Below the pieces are notes generated by a model. The model made no database searches and was not told the origin of the DNA. It saw only the letters and a program-made list of their open reading frames with translations. The position numbers and the translations under genes are program-made. Of a stretch of DNA of 38,641 nt, positions 1-9,133 are shown one piece after another (position 1 is the stretch's first letter; each line of letters begins with the position of its first letter). The stretch is from a bacterium (lineage in GTDB: Bacteria > Eisenbacteria > RBG-16-71-46), in assembly GCA_043779265.1 (NCBI GenBank), contig JAYWEM010000105.1, positions 1-38,641 of the forward strand. The letters run 5' to 3'.

Positions 1-719
1 CCGATTTCTTCGAGCAGCTCGAAGAATGCCCACGCGATGGCCGGCGTATCGCTCGCCGGCTTCATCACGACCGTGTTGCCGGTGACCACGGCCACCATCG
101 TCATGCCGACGCAGATCGCGAGCGGGAAGTTCCACGGCGGGATGACCGCGCCAACGCCGAGCGGCAGATAGACCAACTCGTCGCGCTCGCCCGGCATCTG
201 GTGCACCTGCTGCGGCTCCGCATAGCGGAGCATCTCGCGCGCGTAGAACTCGAGGAAATCGATGGCCTCGGCGGTGTCACCATCGGCCTCGTTCCAGCTC
301 TTGCCGACCTCGGTGACCATGATCGCCGAGAAGACATGGCGGCGCTCGCGCATGCGGCGTGCCGCCTCGACCAGATAGGCGGCGCGAACGCCCGCCGGAA
401 CGCGCGACCAGGTGCGGAACGTTTCGTAGGCGACCTCGACGGCGCGCGCGGCCTGCTCGGCAGTGGCCGACTGGAACGTGGCGACGACCTCCGAGGGACG
501 TGACGGATTGGTCGAGGCGAACGTGCCCGCGCCCTTGTGACGCTCACCGCCGATGACAAGCGGGCGCTCTTGACCAAGCTGGGAGCGGACCTCGGCGAGC
601 GCCTTCTCGAAGGCAGCCCGCGGCTCACTCTGCTGGAAGTCGAAGTACGTGGTCGGCGAGTAGGGCGGCAGCGACTCGAGGGTGACCGGGGCGATGAGGC
701 CGGTGGCGACGGGGTTCAT
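1..719 (-). CDS. pruA: 1-pyrroline-5-carboxylate (L-glutamate gamma-semialdehyde) dehydrogenase, runs off the left edge
   Basis: Not in the ORF track because its stop lies outside the window. Manual translation from ATG 719 (RBS GAGGAGG) gives ...EVGKSWNEADGDTAEAIDFLEFYAR...PLGVGAVIPPWNFPLAI...GNTVVMKPASDTP, the ALDH motifs typical of RocA/PruA. Confidence 0.9.
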   Translation of the reverse strand, partial: MNPVATGLIAPVTLESLPPYSPTTYFDFQQSEPRAAFEKALAEVRSQLGQERPLVIGGERHKGAGTFASTNPSRPSEVVATFQSATAEQAARAVEVAYETFRTWSRVPAGVRAAYLVEAARRMRERRHVFSAIMVTEVGKSWNEADGDTAEAIDFLEFYAREMLRYAEPQQVHQMPGERDELVYLPLGVGAVIPPWNFPLAICVGMTMVAVVTGNTVVMKPASDTPAIAWAFFELLEEI

Positions 720-815
720 GACTCCTCCTCACGGCACGAGCGAGGGCGGCATCACCGCCCATGAAGTTCGGATACCGTCAGGATAGCCGAAGGTTCAGCC
801 TGCCGCCGCCCCGAC

Positions 816-2387
816 TCAACGAGTCAGCGTCAGTCGCACCACGCGTGTCTCGGAATCCGCTTCCAGGCGAGCGAGATAGAGCCCCGCGGCCACTCTTCGC
901 CCGGACGCGTCGGTGCCGTCCCACACCGCGGCGTGCGAACCCGCCGCGTGAGGCCCCGAGGCCAGCGTGCGGATCGACCGGCCCTGAAGATCGAGCAGTT
1001 CGAGCTTCACGTCCGCCGCGGTCGGCAGGCTGAACTGGAAACGGGCCGCGTGGCTCGAGGGATTGGGCACCGGGGCTGCCAGGCGCAGCGTGAGCGCTCC
1101 TGAACCTGGGACGCTGACCGGCGGGGCGATGTAGCGGATGGCTCGGATCTGACCGGTGTTGGCGGCGAAGTTGTTCGACTGACGGCAGTACCAGATCGCG
1201 CCGTCAGGGCCGACGATCGCGTCGGAGATCTGCCGCACACCACCACCCCACTCGGTCATCACCGGTGAGCTGGTCACGCCCTCGAGGAGTCGGCTGCCGT
1301 TCCACGACAGTCGGCGGATGAAGCCGGTGTAGTAGTCGGAGAACAGGATGTCGCCGTCGTACTCGGCCGGAAAGGCATAGGCAGCCCCCGGCGGAGCACG
1401 ATAGACGTCCATGCCGATGACAGAGAGTCCGACGCTGTGGTCATAGACGGTGATGGGCTGGGCGTGGCCACTGGCCGAACGGCCCGAGCAGGTCGTGAAG
1501 GCGGCGAAGCCCTCGAAAAACGGCCATCCGCCGCTCTGACCGAAGCGCAGCAGCGAGATCTCCTCCCACGTGCTCTGGCCGACATCGCCGACCACGAGCT
1601 CGAGCGTGACGGGATCGACGTGGATCCGGAAGGGATTGCGGAACCCGAGCGCCACGACGAGGCGTGTGTTGATGTTGGGCCGATTCGCGAATGGATTGCC
1701 GGCCGCCACCAGGGCGTTCTTGTCCGCCAGGCCCGGGCCGTCGGGGAGCGTACGCACTTCGAGTCGCAGGATCACGCCGCGAAGACTCGTGGAGTCGAGG
1801 GCCGAACAACTGACGGCATCATCGCCGAAGCTCGCGTACAACATGCTGTCGGGCCCGAAACGGAGCGTGCCGCCATTGTGGTTGAAGTTGTTGTCCGGGA
1901 GGTCGACCAGCAGATCGAAGCGTGAAGCCAGATCCAGCGTGAGCGCACCGTCGCCGGTGAGGTCGACATCGCCGGTCAGGGCGAATCGCGAGACGCGCAG
2001 GAAGTTGCCGGCGGCGTTCGAGTTGTACGTCATGTAGACGTAGGGCGAGGCAGGCCACCTCGGATCGACCGCGACACCCAGCAGACCGCGCTCACTACCC
2101 GAGAAGTTGATGTTCGCCACCGTGCCCACGGGATCGATCGCCGCGAGGTTCTCATCCACGAGCATCCGCAGCCTGCCGGTCGTCTGCTCGACGAACAGGA
2201 GGCGACGCCCGCGATCGGGAGCGGCATCCGGGATGAATACGATCGACGTCGGAAGCGACAGCCCGGCCTCGATACCGACGTCGACGAAGTCGGTCGGGAC
2301 GGTGGCCTGAGCGCGCACATCGGATACGGCCATCATCGACAGGAAGAACAGCGCGAGAAGTCGTGCGAGGGGTCGGAAACGGGTCAT
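816..2387 (-). CDS. Secreted PQQ-dependent glucose/sorbosone dehydrogenase-family beta-propeller with C-terminal FlgD-Ig/T9SS-like domain
   Basis: Signal peptide MTRFRPLARLLALFFL; motifs ERGLLGVAVDP, NHNGGTLRFGPD, GFRNPFR, GDVGQSTWEEI; tail PNP...LDLQGRSIRTL...WDGTDASGRRVAAGLYLARL. Confidence 0.88.
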   Translation of the reverse strand: MTRFRPLARLLALFFLSMMAVSDVRAQATVPTDFVDVGIEAGLSLPTSIVFIPDAAPDRGRRLLFVEQTTGRLRMLVDENLAAIDPVGTVANINFSGSERGLLGVAVDPRWPASPYVYMTYNSNAAGNFLRVSRFALTGDVDLTGDGALTLDLASRFDLLVDLPDNNFNHNGGTLRFGPDSMLYASFGDDAVSCSALDSTSLRGVILRLEVRTLPDGPGLADKNALVAAGNPFANRPNINTRLVVALGFRNPFRIHVDPVTLELVVGDVGQSTWEEISLLRFGQSGGWPFFEGFAAFTTCSGRSASGHAQPITVYDHSVGLSVIGMDVYRAPPGAAYAFPAEYDGDILFSDYYTGFIRRLSWNGSRLLEGVTSSPVMTEWGGGVRQISDAIVGPDGAIWYCRQSNNFAANTGQIRAIRYIAPPVSVPGSGALTLRLAAPVPNPSSHAARFQFSLPTAADVKLELLDLQGRSIRTLASGPHAAGSHAAVWDGTDASGRRVAAGLYLARLEADSETRVVRLTLTR

Positions 2388-2489
2388 GCGGGGCTCACCT
2401 CCGAAGCGGGATGTGGAATCGTCTCGCAGGAGTGGGCCCCGCGACAAGACGGGAACGATCCGGCCGCAGCACCGAGAGGGCGGATGCTC

Positions 2490-4085
2490 TCAGCGAATGA
2501 GAACGAGGCGGTGGCTCCGGCTCAGCTGCTCGGTGTCGGCACGAACGACATAGATGCCAGCTGGGGCTTCTCGCCCACTGTCCTCGAGCCCGTCCCAGAA
2601 CAGGTCGTGGCGACCCGCCGCACGATCCGAGCCCTCCAGCAGCGTCCGCACCACACGGCCCGTGAGGTCATGGATCCGAACGCTGATCCGCGCCCGCGAG
2701 GTGGGTGTGATCGAGATGGTCGCGGTGCCGATCGCAGGCTGCGGGGCGACGAGAAGCTGGAGTGCGAACTCTCCCGGGGCAGGCGGCGGCGGTGGTGGTG
2801 GCGGTGGCAGCGTGTCCCCCACGAACACGATACGCCGCAGGCTGCCGCTGTTGGGCTGGAAGTTGACGGCCTGCCGCAGGTACCAGAACGACCCATCGCT
2901 TCCGACGCGATAGTCCGATGCGGCCGCGAATCCGATGGCCCAATTCGTCGCGCTGGGCTGCCCTGCCACCGCGGGCGCCACCGCGAAGGCGTTACCGGAG
3001 ACGCGAAGCCGGCGCAGCACGCCACTGTAGTAGTCACTCATGAACACATCGCCGTGGTACTCGGCGGGCCAATCCGCCGCCGCGGCCTGCGGCCGATACG
3101 CTCCCGCGACCATGATCGAGGCCGAACCCGCGCCACTTCGATCGTAGCTGTAGGACGGCGCGATCCGGCCGGCGCTCGATCCCGTGCACGTCGAGAACGG
3201 TGCGGGCCCCTCGAACCACGGCCATCCGAAATCGGCCCCGAGCGTCCCGCCGAGCGTGCCAGTGGAGCCCGGAAGTCGGACGACGTCGAGTTCCTCGTGC
3301 GTGACCTGCCCGACGTCGCCGATCAGAAGCCAGCGACGGACCGGATCGATCTGCAGGCGGAACGGATTCCGCAGCCCGCTCACCGCGACCAACCGCGCAT
3401 TGGTGTCGGGATGCAACGCGTAGGGATTGCTCGCCGGGGTGATCTGGGCCCGCGTCGCACGGCCGGGCCCATCGGGGATGAGTCGCACCTCGATCCGCAG
3501 CACGACTCCGCGAAGGCTCACGGTGTCCTGCGCAGCACACGGGACCGCGTCCTCGCCCAGTGTCACGTACATCAACTGATCGGGTCCGAATCGCACCGTG
3601 CCGCCATTGTGATTGAACTGCGCGTCCGGGATGTCGTCGATCAGATCCATGCGCGACGCGGGATCGGCGCTCAGGCCCGTCCCCGCCGTGCCGTCGAGAT
3701 CGCCCGAGACGCGGAAGCGCGAGATCCGGATGCGGCCGGTCGTGGAGGTCGAGTGCACATAGAGGTAGGGCTCGGCCGGCCAGCGCGGGTCGACGGCGAT
3801 GCCGAGCAGCCCTCGCTCCGGCCCCGGGCGCACCTCTGGAACGGTCAGCACCGGATCGACGATCGAGAGAGCCCCGCCCTGGATCATCCGGACGCGGAAG
3901 CTCGTCTGTTCCACGAACAGCACCCGCCCATCCGGCAGGAACTCGAACGACGTCGGGAAGTTGAGCCCCGGAACCAACTGCTCGTCGACGAATCCAGTCG
4001 GCAGCGTCTGCGCACGGACGACGGGCGCGGCGAACACGACTGCAAGGAGAACGCCAAGTAAGGCGGCGAGAGGGGTTCGGCGCAT
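2490..4085 (-). CDS. Second, tandem PQQ-dependent sugar dehydrogenase-family protein with poly-Pro linker and FlgD-Ig/T9SS-like tail
   Basis: Signal peptide MRRTPLAALLGVLLAVVFAAPVVRA; ERGLLGIAVDP, NHNGGTVRFGPD, GLRNPFR; tail HDLTGRVVRTL...WDGLEDSGREAPAGIYVVR. Confidence 0.88.
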   Translation of the reverse strand: MRRTPLAALLGVLLAVVFAAPVVRAQTLPTGFVDEQLVPGLNFPTSFEFLPDGRVLFVEQTSFRVRMIQGGALSIVDPVLTVPEVRPGPERGLLGIAVDPRWPAEPYLYVHSTSTTGRIRISRFRVSGDLDGTAGTGLSADPASRMDLIDDIPDAQFNHNGGTVRFGPDQLMYVTLGEDAVPCAAQDTVSLRGVVLRIEVRLIPDGPGRATRAQITPASNPYALHPDTNARLVAVSGLRNPFRLQIDPVRRWLLIGDVGQVTHEELDVVRLPGSTGTLGGTLGADFGWPWFEGPAPFSTCTGSSAGRIAPSYSYDRSGAGSASIMVAGAYRPQAAAADWPAEYHGDVFMSDYYSGVLRRLRVSGNAFAVAPAVAGQPSATNWAIGFAAASDYRVGSDGSFWYLRQAVNFQPNSGSLRRIVFVGDTLPPPPPPPPPAPGEFALQLLVAPQPAIGTATISITPTSRARISVRIHDLTGRVVRTLLEGSDRAAGRHDLFWDGLEDSGREAPAGIYVVRADTEQLSRSHRLVLIR

Positions 4086-4179
4086 GGCGCCCACTCTAGC
4101 GTCCTCGGAGGCCGACTGCACGCGCCCGATGAAACCGGCCATTGCGCCCGGCTCCCCCGAGCACGGATACTGCCGCGCC

Positions 4180-5448
4180 ATGTCCGCCTCCCTCTCCTAT
4201 CGGATGCTCGCTGGTCTCGTGATCGGCGTCGTGCTCGGCGTGATCGCCCATCGGGTGGCGGGCGATGCCGAGTGGCTCAAGCAGTTCGTCCGGCTGGTGA
4301 CCGAGCCCGGCGGCAAGGTCTTCCTGCGGCTGCTGTTCATGCTCGTGATCCCGCTCATCGTCTCGGCGCTCGCGCTCGGCGTCTCGGGTCTCGGGGATCT
4401 CAAGGCGCTCGGACGCATCGGGCTCAAGACGCTCGCTTACACGATCGTGGTCTCGAGCATCGCCGTGATCCTCGGCGTCACACTGGTCCAGGTGCTCCGA
4501 CCGGGCGACGGCCTCTCGCCCGAGCTCAAGGCCCGCCTGCTCGAGCAATCGAGCGCCCTGCCGGCGGCGGCCACCGCGAGTGGCGCCTCCGGTGTCGACT
4601 TCCTGGTCGGGCTCGTTCCCAGCAACGCCCTCAAGGCCATGGTCGAGGGCGACATGCTCGCGGTGATGGTGTTCTCGCTGCTCCTCGGCATCGGCCTCGC
4701 GATCACGCGGACGCAGCCGGCGAGGGCATTCGAAGATGCGCTCCAGGGTCTGTACGACGTGACCATGAAGCTGCTCGGACTCGTGCTCCAGGTCGCACCA
4801 ATCGGCGTCGCATGCCTCACGTTCACGCTCACGGCGCGATTGGGCTATGAGGTCCTGTTCCAATTGGGTGCCTACGTCGGCGTCGTGCTGCTGGCGCTCT
4901 CCATCCAGCAGTTCGTCGTCTACTCGATCAGCGTGAGCTGGCTCGGGGGCATGTCCCCGGCCCGGTTCTTCTACGGCATCCGAGAGGCGATGCTGACCGC
5001 GTTCTCGACCGCCTCGAGCAATGCGACGCTGCCCACCGCGCTCGCCGTCGCCGAGCGCGAACTCAAACTGCCACCGCATGTCTCGCGCTTCGTCCTCACC
5101 ATCGGCTCGACCGCGAACCAGAACGGCACCGCGCTCTTCGAGGGCGTGACGGTGCTGTTCCTCGCCCAGTTCTACGGTATCGAGCTGACGCTCGCCCAGC
5201 AGGTCACGGTGGTTTTCATCTCGATCCTGGGCGGCATCGGAACGGCTGGCGTACCTGCAGGCTCCATCCCCGTGGTCGCGATGATCCTCGGGATGGTGGG
5301 AGTGCCGGTCGAGGGCATCGGGCTGATCCTGGGTGTCGATCGCTTCCTCGACATGTGCCGCACCACGCTGAACGTGACGGGCGATCTCGCGGCTGCCGTG
5401 GTCGTCTCGCGCGGCGAGCCGCATCCGGTCCTGGCCGAGGACGCCTGA
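4180..5448 (+). CDS. Dicarboxylate/amino acid:cation symporter (GltP/DctA family)
   Basis: Multiple TM segments; AFSTASSNATLP, GSTANQNGTAL, GTAGVPAG, GVDRFLDMCRTTLNVTGD. Start trimmed to MSASLSY. Confidence 0.93.
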   Translation: MSASLSYRMLAGLVIGVVLGVIAHRVAGDAEWLKQFVRLVTEPGGKVFLRLLFMLVIPLIVSALALGVSGLGDLKALGRIGLKTLAYTIVVSSIAVILGVTLVQVLRPGDGLSPELKARLLEQSSALPAAATASGASGVDFLVGLVPSNALKAMVEGDMLAVMVFSLLLGIGLAITRTQPARAFEDALQGLYDVTMKLLGLVLQVAPIGVACLTFTLTARLGYEVLFQLGAYVGVVLLALSIQQFVVYSISVSWLGGMSPARFFYGIREAMLTAFSTASSNATLPTALAVAERELKLPPHVSRFVLTIGSTANQNGTALFEGVTVLFLAQFYGIELTLAQQVTVVFISILGGIGTAGVPAGSIPVVAMILGMVGVPVEGIGLILGVDRFLDMCRTTLNVTGDLAAAVVVSRGEPHPVLAEDA

Positions 5449-5456
5449 GCGGGGCG

Positions 5457-6599
5457 ATGTCCGTCCCCCACTTCGATGCAGCCGTGATCGGCGGTGGCGC
5501 GAACGGCCTTGCGACCGCATGGCATCTGGCTCGCCAGAGAGCCGGGCGCGTGGCGTTGATCGAACGCTTCGCCCTGGCACACAATCGGGGCAGTTCGCAC
5601 GGCGCCGCTCGCATCACGCGCAGCAGCTATGGCGACGCGACGCACGTCCGGCTGATGCGGATCGCGCACGAGGAGGAGTGGCCGAGGCTCGAGCGCGACT
5701 CGGGGGCCACGCTGATCCACCGCTGCGATGGCGTCTTCTTCGGCCCGTCGGACGGCCCGATCCGCTCGTACGCGGCGGCCGTCGCCGAGGCCGGCGCCGC
5801 AGTGGAGGCGATCGATCCGGCCGAGGCGAGGCGCCGGTTCCCGGCCTTCACCTTCGTGAACGCCGATCAGGTGCTGCACGACCGCACCGGTGGCTTGATC
5901 GATGCTGCGGCGTCGATCGCCGCGCTCGTGCGCGTCTGTCTGATCGAGGGCGTGTTCATCCATGAGCACACACAGGTGCTCGGATGGAGCCCCGTCGGCA
6001 ACCGGACTCGGATCGACACCTCGCGCGGCGCGATGACCGCCGACCGCGTCGTGTTCGCATCGGGCGCATGGACGACCACGCTCCTGCCGCAGTTGGCGCG
6101 CCGGCTCACGGTCAAGCGTCAGAGCGTCGGCTACTGGCCGCTTCGGGGAGATCAGGCGCGTGCGAACCTCGGGAGCTTCCCGGTGTGGGCCTACTTCGGG
6201 CCCGGCTCGAATGGCTTGGCCTACGGCCTGCCCACCTATCAATCGCCGGGGCTCAAGGCGGCGTTCCATGAGACGGCCGGTGCTGCCGATGATCCGGAGG
6301 CAATCGAGATCGCCCGTGCGGACACTCTGGCCGAGGTCGAGGAGTTCCTGCGAGAACAGTTGACGCTCCCACTCGCACCGCGCGCCCACGCGGAGACCTG
6401 CCTCTACACCAGCACCGATGACGAGGACTTCGTGATCGATGTGATCTCGGAGGATCCGCACTTGACCGTGCTCTCGGCATGTTCGGGGCACGGGTTCAAG
6501 TTCGCGCCCCTCAGCGGACGCGTCGCGGCGAACCTGGCGCTCATGGGCCGTTCGGGGGTCGCCGAGTTCGAATCGGAGCGAGCGCGATTCCGCATGTGA
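5457..6599 (+). CDS. solA: FAD-dependent N-methyl-amino-acid oxidase (monomeric sarcosine oxidase / N-methyltryptophan oxidase family)
   Basis: VIGGGANG dinucleotide fold, GSSHGAARITR, ETCLYT (flavinylated Cys motif), CSGHGFKFAP. Confidence 0.85.
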   Translation: MSVPHFDAAVIGGGANGLATAWHLARQRAGRVALIERFALAHNRGSSHGAARITRSSYGDATHVRLMRIAHEEEWPRLERDSGATLIHRCDGVFFGPSDGPIRSYAAAVAEAGAAVEAIDPAEARRRFPAFTFVNADQVLHDRTGGLIDAAASIAALVRVCLIEGVFIHEHTQVLGWSPVGNRTRIDTSRGAMTADRVVFASGAWTTTLLPQLARRLTVKRQSVGYWPLRGDQARANLGSFPVWAYFGPGSNGLAYGLPTYQSPGLKAAFHETAGAADDPEAIEIARADTLAEVEEFLREQLTLPLAPRAHAETCLYTSTDDEDFVIDVISEDPHLTVLSACSGHGFKFAPLSGRVAANLALMGRSGVAEFESERARFRM

Positions 6600-6620
6600 G
6601 CTGCCCACGGATCGGCTGCG

Positions 6621-6712
6621 CCGGTTCGATGACGGGAAACTCCGGTCAGGACCGCGCAAAGTCTTGAGTCCCAAGGGACTACCGGAGCGTCTGAAGAGTT
6701 GACGCGAGCCGG
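6621..6712 (+). ncRNA. Putative multi-stem structured RNA element upstream of yceI (family not recognised; strand assumed)
   Basis: Nested pairings: 6621-6628/6705-6712, 6640-6646/6681-6687, 6647-6652/6661-6666, 6667-6672/6675-6680, 6688-6691/6701-6704. Confidence 0.4.
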
Positions 6713-6818
6713 AAATGCTACCCGCCCACTCGCGGAATCACTAGGCTCCAGTCCTCTCGCGACCCGAATGATCCCCACGCACCCGATCGGGTGCTGATCC
6801 TCTGCCCAAGGAGACTCC

Positions 6819-7424
6819 ATGAAGCGCTTCGCCACTCTTGCTCTCGCCGCGGTCGCACTGACGTTCTCGACCCTCACGGCATCCGCTCAGCCGGTCACGT
6901 GGAATGTGGACAACAGCCATTCGAGCGTGCACTTCAAAGTGCGGCATTTCCTGACCACGGTCACGGGCCAGTTCAATGACTTCGAAGGCACGATCGTGTT
7001 CGACGAGAAGAACCCGGCGGCGCTGTCGGTCGTGGCGAGCGTCCGCTGCTCCACAGTGTTCACGGATCACGAGCGCCGCGACGGCCACCTGCGCAGCGCC
7101 GACTTCTTCGACGTCGAGAAGTTCCCGACCATCACGTTCAAGAGCACCAAGGCCGAGGCCGTGGGCAAGAACAAGTTCAAGATCACGGGCGACTTCACGA
7201 TGCGCGGCGTCACCAAGGTCGTCACGTTCGACGGCGAGTTCATGGGCGCGGGCACGTTCGGTTCCGCGGACCGCTCGATGACGAAGGCGGGCTTCTCCGC
7301 GAGCGCGGTCATCCAGCGCAAGGACTACGGAATGGTCTGGAACCGCACGTTCGACCAGGGCGGCGTGATGCTCGGCGAGGACGTCACGATCTCCATCGAG
7401 GTCGAGGCCGACAAGGCCAAGTAG
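6819..7424 (+). CDS. yceI: Periplasmic YceI-family (polyisoprenoid-binding) protein
   Basis: RBS AAGGAG; signal peptide; WNVDNSHSSVHFKVRH, RDGHLRSADFFDVEKFPTITF, GDFTMRGVTK. Confidence 0.93.
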   Translation: MKRFATLALAAVALTFSTLTASAQPVTWNVDNSHSSVHFKVRHFLTTVTGQFNDFEGTIVFDEKNPAALSVVASVRCSTVFTDHERRDGHLRSADFFDVEKFPTITFKSTKAEAVGKNKFKITGDFTMRGVTKVVTFDGEFMGAGTFGSADRSMTKAGFSASAVIQRKDYGMVWNRTFDQGGVMLGEDVTISIEVEADKAK

Positions 7425-7447
7425 CACTTCACGCCCGCTGTTGAAAT

Positions 7448-7483
7448 GACCGAGGCCCGGAGCTCGCGCTCCGGGCCTCGGTC
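7448..7483. terminator. Probable bidirectional intrinsic terminator between convergent yceI and CHRD genes
   Basis: Perfect 16-bp stem gaccgaggcccggagc-tcgc-gctccgggcctcggtc, flanked by aaat and gttt. Confidence 0.75.
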
Positions 7484-7505
7484 GTTTCCCGCTGGACGAG
7501 GGGGT

Positions 7506-7997
7506 TCAGCGGTAGAGCTTCTTGACCCTTCCCCACGTGGACTTGGCGGCGGAGACCGCGGCATTCACGACGAGCTGGCCGCGCACTTCACCGCCCGGCG
7601 ACGTCGTGGAGTGGATGTTCACGTAGCACAGGCCGGCGATCAGGTTGGTGGCGTCCGTCGCCGTGAGATTCCACACACCATTGAACACGCCATCCTTGTT
7701 GCCATTCGAGAGCGTCGGAGCGAATCCGAAGCGCACGCCCGCGTTGGAACCAGGGGCCGCGTAGCCGTGGATGTGCGAGCCCGTGTAGGTGCCTGTGAGA
7801 TTCTGGAACTGCACGCTGACGCTCAGCTGAGTGCCGGCGTCATTGAGGACGCAGGTGGCCGAACCGCTGGCCGCGGTGACGACTGGAGGAACTTCCTGGC
7901 TGCCCGTGAGGTTGGCCGAGAAGCCGGTGGCCGCCTGAGCGGCGCCGGCGAGCAGCGCAGTGGCTGCCAGGGCGAGGAACGTGTCGCGAAGACGCAT
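7506..7997 (-). CDS. Secreted CHRD-domain protein with C-terminal STWGRVKKLYR motif
   Basis: RBS GAAGGAG; signal peptide; LTGSQEVPPV, SHIHG, YVNIHSTTSPGGEVRGQL (CHRD signature). Confidence 0.9.
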   Translation of the reverse strand: MRLRDTFLALAATALLAGAAQAATGFSANLTGSQEVPPVVTAASGSATCVLNDAGTQLSVSVQFQNLTGTYTGSHIHGYAAPGSNAGVRFGFAPTLSNGNKDGVFNGVWNLTATDATNLIAGLCYVNIHSTTSPGGEVRGQLVVNAAVSAAKSTWGRVKKLYR

Positions 7998-8258
7998 GGT
8001 CACTCCTTCGAGATGGGGGACTTCAGGCTGCCGGTACGGAGCGGGCCGTGCGGCCGGCGCAGCACTTCCGGCTCGCACTTCTGCACCCAGTGTGGGGACT
8101 CGACCGGCACGGGTTCAAGGGCGGATTCCCATTTCGCAGGGTGGAGGGCGGCCGGGTTCGGGAGCACTGAACTCGTGACCACCCCTGGGGTGTCCATCCC
8201 CCACCGACCGACCGCGGTGGCATGGCACCGTGGCGGGGGGCCTGCGATGATGTCGGTC

Positions 8259-9086
8259 ATGTCAGCGATCGAGTCCCATCCCGCCGAGCGCCTCGGGCCC
8301 GCTGCCCTCGCGATTCTCTTCGAGCGGGTGTACGAGGGCTACTCGGTGCCGCTGCATGTAGACGAGACCCTGCTTCGCATGATGGTCGAGATCTACGACG
8401 AGGACCTCTCGGCCTCGGTCGTACTGCGAGAGGCAGGTGAGCCCATCGCGCTCGCCCTGCTGGGCGTCCGGCCTCCGATGGGCTGGGTGGGAGGCATGGG
8501 CGTCGTGACTTCGCACCGCCGGCAGGGCCTCGGGCGCAAGGTGATGAACTCGCTGATCGCCAGCGCGAAGGGCATGGGCCTTCGCGAGCTGTGGCTTGAA
8601 GTGCTCGAGCAGAACACCGCCGCGCACTCACTCTATGCATCGCTCGGGTTCGAGCAGGTGCGCATGGTGGAAGTCTGGACGTTCTCCGCTCCGAGCGGTG
8701 GGCCGACGCCCGGTTGGACGGTGACGGAGGGCGAGCAGCTCGACGGCCCTCCCGGCGAACGCGATCCTTGGCAGAGAGCTCAGGCGACCCGCGCCCATCT
8801 CGCGCTGCGGCCGCCGGGGATCTCTCAGCTTTGCGTGCGCGGTGAGGGGATGGCCGGCAGCCTGACGCTCCGAACGAACGGCGACACCTTGTCGCTGCTC
8901 GATGCGCGTGGCGGCGGGAACTGTGCCTGGTGGGCGGGTGCGATCGCCCAGGCCATGCTCGCTCGTGGCGCCAAGTTGCTCCGCGTGCTCAACACGGAGG
9001 CGGGCGGACGGCTGGCTTCGGCCGCCAAGCTCGCACAGGGCGCTCGTGAGGCCTCGCAGCACGAGATGCGATTGAACCTCGGCTGA
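8259..9086 (+). CDS. GNAT-family N-acetyltransferase
   Basis: MGVVTSHRRQGLGRKVM (motif A) and LEVLEQNTAAHSLYASLGF. Start trimmed from the 546-aa ORF. Confidence 0.85.
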   Translation: MSAIESHPAERLGPAALAILFERVYEGYSVPLHVDETLLRMMVEIYDEDLSASVVLREAGEPIALALLGVRPPMGWVGGMGVVTSHRRQGLGRKVMNSLIASAKGMGLRELWLEVLEQNTAAHSLYASLGFEQVRMVEVWTFSAPSGGPTPGWTVTEGEQLDGPPGERDPWQRAQATRAHLALRPPGISQLCVRGEGMAGSLTLRTNGDTLSLLDARGGGNCAWWAGAIAQAMLARGAKLLRVLNTEAGGRLASAAKLAQGAREASQHEMRLNLG

Positions 9087-9133
9087 GCCGGATCCACTCG
9101 CCGCGACGTGCATCGTGGGTTTATCCTCATGGC

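Noticed and set aside
2779..2810. ggc/ggt triplet run as a tandem repeat or contingency locus
   Set aside because: It encodes a poly-Pro linker with mixed codons.
6631..6716. Hammerhead ribozyme (CTGAAGA...GAAA), c-di-GMP-I or cobalamin riboswitch
   Set aside because: Stem II cannot close correctly for a hammerhead, and only fragments (GGGAAAC, GCAAAG) of the riboswitch consensus are present. Kept as an unassigned structure.
7446..8258. N-terminal extension of the GNAT ORF (and likewise 3799-4179 for the symporter)
   Set aside because: These are antisense to real genes; open frames on the opposite strand are common at this GC content.
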